Source: an uncultured Candidatus Saccharibacteria bacterium
GTDB lineage: Bacteria > Patescibacteriota > Minisyncoccia > Phycocordibacterales > UBA12079
Direction of reading: 5' to 3'
NCBI GenBank assembly: GCA_964608745.1
Contig: CAZSPC010000001.1
Span: forward strand, 750-64,749
DNA length: 64,000 nt
In this document: piece after piece, positions 57,488-64,000 of the stretch
Position numbering within the stretch: the first letter of the stretch is position 1
Layout: every line of letters begins with the position of its first letter
The notes under the pieces: model-generated
Database searches by the model: none
Seen by the model: only the letters and a program-made list of their open reading frames with translations
Told to the model about the DNA's origin: nothing
Position numbers and translations under genes: made by a program

Positions 57488-57820
57488 CTAGCACCTATCT
57501 CCAAAAGCTATATGAAATCCTAAATTTCTGGATTTTCTAGCAATACTCTCCATTGTTTTTTGGTTGTTCGTCGAATATACAAATATTTCTTGCCAAGTTG
57601 TATTGTCTCTGATTGCAAGACTAATCGCATATCCTTTTATTGATATCTTTACCCTTTTTTCTCCGTTGATTGGTTTTAGTCCAGCTTTTATTAATCCGAG
57701 TTGAATTTTTGTTATTTCTAGTTCATCGTGAATTGCATCTGTAATTTTCCCGGCCATTGGAATAATTGTTGTGTGACTTGTGCAATACTTTCCTCCATTT
57801 CGGTGTTTCTTTTTGGACAT
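57488..57820 (-). CDS. hypothetical protein
   Basis: 110 aa ORF, purine-rich RBS. Confidence 0.65.
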   Translation of the reverse strand: MSKKKHRNGGKYCTSHTTIIPMAGKITDAIHDELEITKIQLGLIKAGLKPINGEKRVKISIKGYAISLAIRDNTTWQEIFVYSTNNQKTMESIARKSRNLGFHIAFGDRC

Positions 57821-57908
57821 GATATTTCCCCCTTTCTATTTTAGATAAATTCTATATGATATTTAATACTAAAAAGTTTAATTTGTCTAGTATGTTACAA
57901 TATTTTAT

Positions 57909-58415
57909 ATGAAAAAAGTCGTTGTAAACGATAGAATGCAGAAAGGATATTCTTATAAATTAAGTGAGCCTATGGGGAAGAATTTTACCAATGATTTCAA
58001 GTCCGAACTAACTCCAAAAGAGATGTTGGAGCTAGGTGTATTTGGTGGTCGATATATAAGAGATTGCCAAAATGAATTCCCAAAAAGTTGGTTTAGACAG
58101 GCAAGGTTACACCCCAAAAATACCACAGGGCATAGTCCTGAATTGAATTATTTTAAAGTTGACGCTAGTCAACCACTTTCTGTCTGGAAAGAAAAGGGTT
58201 GGTTGTATAAAAATGACCCTCGTGGTTGGTTTCAGTGGTATTGTCGGTACTATATGGGCAGAAGAATTCCAGAAGAAGATGAAAGACAAATTGGTCGTTG
58301 GAAAGCATTTAAAAGGCATTTAGGGGCAGTAAAAAAGAACTGTAAAAGGAGTGACAAAAATTGTCGCCCAAAACAAAAACAAGCACTCTTACATTGGGCA
58401 TATGATTGTAGATAA
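57909..58415 (+). CDS. conserved hypothetical protein
   Basis: LTPKEMLELGVFGGRY, DPRGWFQWYCRYYMGRR, QALLHWAYD. Confidence 0.8.
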   Translation: MKKVVVNDRMQKGYSYKLSEPMGKNFTNDFKSELTPKEMLELGVFGGRYIRDCQNEFPKSWFRQARLHPKNTTGHSPELNYFKVDASQPLSVWKEKGWLYKNDPRGWFQWYCRYYMGRRIPEEDERQIGRWKAFKRHLGAVKKNCKRSDKNCRPKQKQALLHWAYDCR

Positions 58416-58676
58416 GCATACTAATCTATGAATGATATCAGTGCAATGAATTTACCCGCACACCTTTCGTACCACCGTCTTTCAGACAGAGCATAACTAA
58501 ACAATTTTTATATTTTTAATAATGATATGAAAGGTTTGGCGGGTGTATACAAATATTGTTTATTAAAATTTTACTAGCAGTGAAGTATTTTGTTTAACAA
58601 AGTTTAACTAAAAAATGATTTTTGTTTTTCTAGAATTTGTTTCCATTTGTATTATTAGTATAATTTGTATATTGGT

Positions 58677-59105
58677 ATGTTTAACTTATTTATTTTAATA
58701 ACAGGGTTTGTAATTGGTCTAGGAGCAGTTACTGTGATTGATATTTTGGGTTTCTTGGGGATGAATTCTGGGTACTGGACGGAGGCAACAATTCGAGCGC
58801 ACAAAGTTACCAAGCTTTTGATTTGGATTGGTATATTTCTGCTGACCATCGGCACCTTTCTTTTTTACCCGGCAGGTATATATAAAAGTATTCAATTTGG
58901 TTTGATAGTCTTGCTAATTCTAAACGGCTTATATTTAAGTTTTTATGTTAGCCCTTTTTTGTTAAAAAAAGAAAAAGAAGGGAGATCACAGGAATTGTTA
59001 CCTTTTAAATTAAAGTTAGGAATTGGTATCAGCTTAATTTTTTCAATAATTGGTTGGTGGTTTTCTTTGGGCATGCTTTGCTGGTATATTATTAATATTA
59101 TTTAA
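58677..59105 (+). CDS. hypothetical membrane protein
   Basis: 4 TM segments; start moved to ATG 58677 (upstream is 9-mer repeat). Confidence 0.7.
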   Translation: MFNLFILITGFVIGLGAVTVIDILGFLGMNSGYWTEATIRAHKVTKLLIWIGIFLLTIGTFLFYPAGIYKSIQFGLIVLLILNGLYLSFYVSPFLLKKEKEGRSQELLPFKLKLGIGISLIFSIIGWWFSLGMLCWYIINII

Positions 59106-59168
59106 GATTTAATAAACAAAAAGGGCAGGAATCCGATTCCTGCCCTTTTTGTTTTTCTAACTTATAAA

Positions 59169-59573
59169 TTAATTGTACTGTTTAATAAAATCAGCATACT
59201 TTTTATCTTCAATCGTTATGTGATCAACCCACCAATTACCTAGAAAAGTTTGTGTTTCAAGCATTAACTCTTTGGTTGGACCTACTTTTTCTAAATTTTC
59301 TTTAAAATCTTCGTATTTTTTTATAAACCCAGCGTGTATTTCTTTGTGCGCCCTAATTTCTGGATAGTTGTTATCTTCCATATATTTTTCTTCATATTTA
59401 AAGTGGGTGTCAGTGTATGCGTCTAAAAAATCCATATTATCTTTTATAACCGATACATCTTTTTCTTGCATTATAGCTTCAAGAAGAAAGTTTATTTGTT
59501 CTAATAATTTTTGGTGTTGGTTGTCGAGTGTTTCATTACCAACTGATATATTTGGTGTCCATTCAAATTTCAT
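59169..59573 (-). CDS. bacteriohemerythrin
   Basis: W..SVG..LDNQH, HFKYEE, HKEIH, W..HITIEDKKY. Confidence 0.92.
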   Translation of the reverse strand: MKFEWTPNISVGNETLDNQHQKLLEQINFLLEAIMQEKDVSVIKDNMDFLDAYTDTHFKYEEKYMEDNNYPEIRAHKEIHAGFIKKYEDFKENLEKVGPTKELMLETQTFLGNWWVDHITIEDKKYADFIKQYN

Positions 59574-59681
59574 ATTTCACTTATGAACGAAGTGAATTAG
59601 TGAAATATGATCCAGCTGTATCTTTTGTAAAATTTATTTTATAAAAGTACGGTTGGATAATATCTCCAAATCCACACGCTC
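59570..59681 (-). promoter_or_regulatory. structured 5'-UTR motif (family E) before hemerythrin
   Basis: homologous to 12278-12387. Confidence 0.7.
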
Positions 59682-59749
59682 TAATTTAATTATAATATTA
59701 AACAAATTATACCATTTAATTATCAGTTCAAAATGTTAAAATTAACACA

Positions 59750-60670
59750 ATGCTTCGACTAATTCGTTTGATTACAGAAAATCATTACATAATTGTTGGC
59801 TCGGCTCTTTTGGTGGGTATTTTTTGTGCTGACAGCGTTATGTTTTTAGCAGAATACAGTACTTTAATTCTGGCTATAATTTTCTTTTTGAGTTCTCTGA
59901 AAATTGATTTAAGTAAAATAAAAACCAGTTTACATAAAACAAGAGATATTATTGCTGTTAATATTATCACTCTATTTGTGTTGCCGATTGTTGCTTATTA
60001 TTTAACAAGTATTTTTTATCCTCAATTAGCGATTGCTTTTTTGCTTCTTTCAGTTATGCCTGCGGGGATGACAGCACCTTTGTTGACAGAAATTGTGAAA
60101 GGAAAACAAAGTCTTGCTTTGATTTTAACAGTTTCGACTTCTTTGTTGGCACCAATTACCGCACCATTGATGATTAAATTTTTAATTGGAGCGAACATTG
60201 ATGTAAGTTTTTTTGATATGTTTTGGTTGCTTGCGAAGGTTATTTATATTCCATTTGTTTTGGCTCAGATAGTAAAAAAATTTTGGCAGAATAGTATTGA
60301 TAAGGTTTCAAACTTACTAAAACCACTATCAGTTATTTTATTAGGCTTATTGATTATGGTTATAGTAGCAAAACAAGCTGACACAATTTTAGAAAGTTTA
60401 AAAAACGGTGGAGAATACTTAATTTATTTAGGATTGCTTTTTGGCTTTTTCTTTCTACTACATTTTTTGGGATACTTTTCTTGTTTTTGGGAAAAAGAAA
60501 AAAGGTATCGGATTACTGTTGTAGTTTGTTTAACCTATATGAATTTTACCTTGGCGATTGAACTAGCAAATAATTTTTTCACAGAACCAAATGTAATTAT
60601 TCCAGTAGTTTTGTCTGTGATTCCTTGGTCGATTATGTTTATTCCATTTAAACGTATTATGTTAAAATAA
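59750..60670 (+). CDS. bile acid:sodium symporter family transporter
   Basis: ~9 TMs; MPAG, TVSTSLLAPITAP. Confidence 0.85.
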   Translation: MLRLIRLITENHYIIVGSALLVGIFCADSVMFLAEYSTLILAIIFFLSSLKIDLSKIKTSLHKTRDIIAVNIITLFVLPIVAYYLTSIFYPQLAIAFLLLSVMPAGMTAPLLTEIVKGKQSLALILTVSTSLLAPITAPLMIKFLIGANIDVSFFDMFWLLAKVIYIPFVLAQIVKKFWQNSIDKVSNLLKPLSVILLGLLIMVIVAKQADTILESLKNGGEYLIYLGLLFGFFFLLHFLGYFSCFWEKEKRYRITVVVCLTYMNFTLAIELANNFFTEPNVIIPVVLSVIPWSIMFIPFKRIMLK

Positions 60671-60675
60671 CAATT

Positions 60676-61251
60676 ATGAAAACTCTTATAATATATTCTC
60701 ACCCTGATACTGATGGTTATTGTGCTGAAACTTTGCGTCAGGTGGAGAAAAAGCTGAAACAGTTAAATAAAGAATATGAAATAATCGATTTGTATAAGAT
60801 TGATTATAATCCTGTGCTTCAAGAAGACGAACATTATACAGCAGGGAATAAAAGTATAAGTCAGCAAAACTTAGAAATTCAAGAAAAAATAAAGCTGGCA
60901 CAAAATTTAATTTTTATTTATCCAATTTGGTGGGGTAGTATGCCGGCTATTTTGAAAGGTTTTTTTGATCGGATTTTGACTTCTGGTTTTGCGTTTAAAT
61001 TCAAGGATAAAGGAGGGGTGAGTGGACTTTTAAAAAACAAGAAAGCTGTAATATTTGTTTCAAGTGGAGGGCCTCAAATTAATTATCTTTGGTTTGATGC
61101 AAATAAGAGAATCATTAAAAATAAAATTTTAGGATTTTGTGGGATTGATACAAAAATATTTCAAGTTTATAAGGCGTATCAATTGGATGATAAAAAGAAA
61201 AAAGAGATTGCACAAAATATTGAGAGAGGATTAAGTTTTTTAAAGTTATAA
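60676..61251 (+). CDS. NAD(P)H-dependent oxidoreductase (flavodoxin_2 family)
   Basis: IYSHP, YPIWWGSMPAILKGFFDR. Confidence 0.9.
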   Translation: MKTLIIYSHPDTDGYCAETLRQVEKKLKQLNKEYEIIDLYKIDYNPVLQEDEHYTAGNKSISQQNLEIQEKIKLAQNLIFIYPIWWGSMPAILKGFFDRILTSGFAFKFKDKGGVSGLLKNKKAVIFVSSGGPQINYLWFDANKRIIKNKILGFCGIDTKIFQVYKAYQLDDKKKKEIAQNIERGLSFLKL

Positions 61252-61314
61252 ATTTTTTAAGGTTTCTCATTCTAATATTCTAACGAATGTTAGAATGAGG
61301 AAATATATTGGTTT

Positions 61315-61911
61315 ATGAAAAAATATGAAATAAAAAATTTTGAAGTAGAAAAATTGGAGGGGATTTCTGAAAAACAAATTGAGGAGCATTTGAAACTTTA
61401 TGCTGGTTATGTGAATCATACAAATTTGATTCGAGAAAAAATTAAGGAATTATCCAAAGACAAGGAAAATAATAACTATATTATTTCTGAGCTTCGCAGA
61501 CGCTTTGGTTTTGAATTCAATGGAATGCGAATGCATGAATATTATTTTGAACAATTTGAGGGTGGTGCAAAAGAATTAAATCAGGAAAGTAAGTTGGCAC
61601 AATCTTTGGTTGAAAAATATGGAAGCGTTGAATTGGCAATTGACCATTTAAAAGAAGTTGGAATGAGTCGGGGAATTGGTTGGGCGGTTTTATATTTTGA
61701 TCCGGTCGCACAAACTCCACATACTGTTTTTGTGGCTGATCACGAGATTGGTCAATTAGCTGGGCTACCAATCTTACTGGTAATTGATATGTGGGAACAT
61801 GCTTTTATGGTTGATTATGTTCCTGGGGAAAAAGGCAAGTATATAGACTCATTTTTGAAAAATCTTAATTGGGAGGTTGTTGAAAGGAGATTTAATAAGA
61901 TTATTAGCTAA
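61315..61911 (+). CDS. Fe/Mn superoxide dismutase family protein
   Basis: EEHLKLYAGYV, HEYYF, GIGWA, DMWEHAF. Confidence 0.88.
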   Translation: MKKYEIKNFEVEKLEGISEKQIEEHLKLYAGYVNHTNLIREKIKELSKDKENNNYIISELRRRFGFEFNGMRMHEYYFEQFEGGAKELNQESKLAQSLVEKYGSVELAIDHLKEVGMSRGIGWAVLYFDPVAQTPHTVFVADHEIGQLAGLPILLVIDMWEHAFMVDYVPGEKGKYIDSFLKNLNWEVVERRFNKIIS

Positions 61912-61924
61912 TTAAAAAATAAAT

Positions 61925-62335
61925 ATGTTAATAGAATGGAAAAAAGAATATGAAATTGGTATTAAGACGATCGATGAACAACATAGTGGTCTTGTTAATG
62001 TAATGAATAGACTGAATGAAAAAATTGATACCAATGAATTTTCTGATTCAGAAGTAATCACTTCTCTTTTAGATGATTTGGTAGAGTATACCAAAAACCA
62101 CTTTGGTTTTGAAGAAAGGTATATGGAAGAATTTGATTTTGAATATAAAGATGAGCATAAAAAAGCCCATAATTCTTTTGTTGAAAAAGTTATTGAATTA
62201 ACTAAGAAATATGAAGAAGATAATGTGGAGACTTGTTTTGAATTGATAGATTATTTAGAGGATTGGTTTATTACCCATGTTACAGGAGAAGATCGTAGAT
62301 ATGTTGATTTGTTTTTATCAAAAGGTATTAAGTAA
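61925..62335 (+). CDS. bacteriohemerythrin
   Basis: IDEQH, HFGFEE, HKKAH, WFITHVTGEDRRY. Confidence 0.92.
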   Translation: MLIEWKKEYEIGIKTIDEQHSGLVNVMNRLNEKIDTNEFSDSEVITSLLDDLVEYTKNHFGFEERYMEEFDFEYKDEHKKAHNSFVEKVIELTKKYEEDNVETCFELIDYLEDWFITHVTGEDRRYVDLFLSKGIK

Positions 62336-62380
62336 GTAAAAAAGAACTGTACAATTAATTGTACAGTTCTTTTTACTTTC

Positions 62381-62797
62381 TTAATTTTCACAAATAATTT
62401 CCCACTCGTTTTCTGTTACTTCTAGTGTTTCCTTACACTCTTCTGTCATTGAATTTGGCGCTACAACAGGACAAGAAAATCGTGAACCACCATCTATCGG
62501 ATAATAAGAAGAGCCACTTCCTGGAAGTCCGCTAACAACTTTTATAAATTCTTCACTTAGGAGAACGGTAGATACTCCCATATTGTCACAATATTTTTTA
62601 GCCAATTCTTTTATTGACTCTGTTTCTTCGGTCGTAGTTCCTTGTTGGTTGTTTTCTTCTTTAATTATTGTTTCAGTATTTGCTGTTTGTGTATCAGCCC
62701 CAATGATTTCTTCGTTTGGGTTTTGGCTGTTGTAGTAGGTTAAGATTAACCACCCGGCAACCAGGATTGCTAAAATTATAATAAGTTTTTTAATCAT
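62381..62797 (-). CDS. hypothetical exported protein
   Basis: N-terminal TM; four Cys. Confidence 0.7.
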   Translation of the reverse strand: MIKKLIIILAILVAGWLILTYYNSQNPNEEIIGADTQTANTETIIKEENNQQGTTTEETESIKELAKKYCDNMGVSTVLLSEEFIKVVSGLPGSGSSYYPIDGGSRFSCPVVAPNSMTEECKETLEVTENEWEIICEN

Positions 62798-62885
62798 ATT
62801 TTAATTGGTAGTTGTTAGTTTATGGTGAATAGAAAAAATTCTAAAAACTAAAAACTATTTAACTATATTAATTATTTAATTACTT

Positions 62886-63074
62886 CTATAATATTGTATC
62901 ATTTTTTTCTTTCAATTCACTGACCTCATTTTTTGTTGTTTCGTGTTTTGTTTTTTTACATTTCTTTTTGGGTTTGATTCCGATGTTTTTTACGACACCT
63001 TTAAGTCTAGGGGCAACTCTTAATTTACCCCAAAATCTTTGCCAACCTCTTCCTTTTTTTCTTATTTTTATCAT
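62886..63074 (-). CDS. small basic hypothetical protein
   Basis: TGATACAAT -10 element 7 nt before ATG; divergent from AbrB-like gene. Confidence 0.4.
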   Translation of the reverse strand: MIKIRKKGRGWQRFWGKLRVAPRLKGVVKNIGIKPKKKCKKTKHETTKNEVSELKEKNDTIL

Positions 63075-63105
63075 ACCTATATTGTATCATTTTAGGGGGA
63101 ATAAG

Positions 63106-63147
63106 GTATCATACAAGTATCGTACTAGTACGATACTTGTATGATAC
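63106..63147. promoter_or_regulatory. 42-bp perfect palindrome overlapping promoter of AbrB-like gene
   Basis: gtatcatacaagtatcgtact|agtacgatacttgtatgatac. Confidence 0.65.
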
Positions 63148-63157
63148 AATATTAGAT

Positions 63158-63313
63158 ATGACAAAAGAAATTAGAAAAATAACTAGAACAAGTCGAGGAA
63201 CTTATTATATTAGTATCCCCAAAGAACTAATTAAAGAATTAAGGTTTAAAGAAAAACAGAAAGTCGTTGTTAAGAAAAGAGGCAAGGGAATCTTGATTGA
63301 GGATTGGAAGTAA
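63158..63313 (+). CDS. AbrB/MazE/SpoVT-family DNA-binding protein (51 aa, not in ORF track)
   Basis: MTKEIRKITRTSRGTYYISIPKELIKELRFKEKQKVVVKKRGKGILIEDWK. Confidence 0.85.
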   Translation: MTKEIRKITRTSRGTYYISIPKELIKELRFKEKQKVVVKKRGKGILIEDWK

Positions 63314-63786
63314 TTTTTTTGATTCACTGAAAGAAAAAATCCCTATTCACGTTGATAGGGATTAAAGAAGGGGACAAACGGTTAAGTTTGTCCCCTTTCA
63401 GCATCAGCCAGATTCGTTCTGGCAGAAAGCTGGAGGCCGGAGACTACTCAATGGTGGTACCGGCGGCCGGGCAGGTTACGGAATTTTCATTTCTAAAAAA
63501 TAAAGTTTTGGATACAGGGTGTCCTCGGGTCATGGCGGGGTCTCCTTTTTGAAAATTTGTCAAGTGTTTTTTGTTGACTTTTTGTTTTTAAAAGACTAAT
63601 GTGTATTTAGAAATTAGAGAATTGTATTTTGAAAAATTTATCTCAAAGGATATCGTGCTCACCATAAAATATGTATTTAAGTATTTATTTTATGGTGAAG
63701 TGGGATATCCTCGTTTCATCCTGCTAGTATGCTAGTGGAATAGTCCTTGGATTATTATTTTGATCCTTTTGTTTTAGGAGGAAGTC

Positions 63787-64000
63787 ATGATTGAGTTAGA
63801 TGATGGTGTTAAGAGAATGTTGGAGAGATCTAATTTTTATAGTTTAGGTCATGGTGTTGGTCAAAATTTTAATGGATTTACTGTAAAGACAGAAGTAGTT
63901 CCTATGAGAATTTTCCAGTATTTCATCACTAATTTGTTTTTACAAAAAGATAAAGAAGAAAAAAACAGAGAGAATTTTTTGATTACCCTGTTAAATCTTT
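63787..64000 (+). CDS. hypothetical protein, truncated by window end
   Basis: AGGAGG RBS, open frame MIELDDGVKRML... to the edge. Confidence 0.6.
   Translation, partial: MIELDDGVKRMLERSNFYSLGHGVGQNFNGFTVKTEVVPMRIFQYFITNLFLQKDKEEKNRENFLITLLNL

Noticed and set aside
63352-63552. 66-aa plus-strand ORF; also SRP RNA or tRNA identity for this GC-rich patch
   Set aside because: TTG start without RBS inside hairpins; no SRP domain IV motif or tRNA cloverleaf/T-loop recognised.

Overview
AT-rich bacterial chromosome segment (genetic code 11) that looks like Patescibacteria/CPR (Parcubacteria-type). This is inferred from protein style, the absence of rpmD between rpsE and rplO, and a giant 'ATST/GIGTTSP' surface protein. 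It carries most of the str/S10/spc ribosomal-protein genes, but the superoperon is permuted and interrupted by ORFans. The intergenic DNA is saturated with several families of structured repeats. (1) Heptamer inverted-repeat hairpins sit 5-10 nt ahead of ribosomal-protein start codons; in two places the same arms enclose a four-helix-bundle (23S-IVS/bAvd-like) gene, suggesting a gene-carrying plus 'empty' element system. (2) ~125-bp long hairpins follow translation-gene stop codons. (3) A 5'-UTR motif with a start-codon-sequestering stem occurs three times. (4) MITE-like CCCGTTAGAGAT elements supply start codons. (5) REP palindromes are tied to two Y1/RAYT-like transposase genes that bracket an ~11.7 kb cassette of signal-peptide-bearing, phage-tail-fibre-like proteins between secY and adk. 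Also present: a candidate 6S-like RNA, an L10 leader, other candidate sRNAs and an oxygen-stress cluster. No rRNA, tRNA, CRISPR array or reverse transcriptase was recognised. All calls are by eye without database searches, and repeat boundaries are approximate to a few bp.
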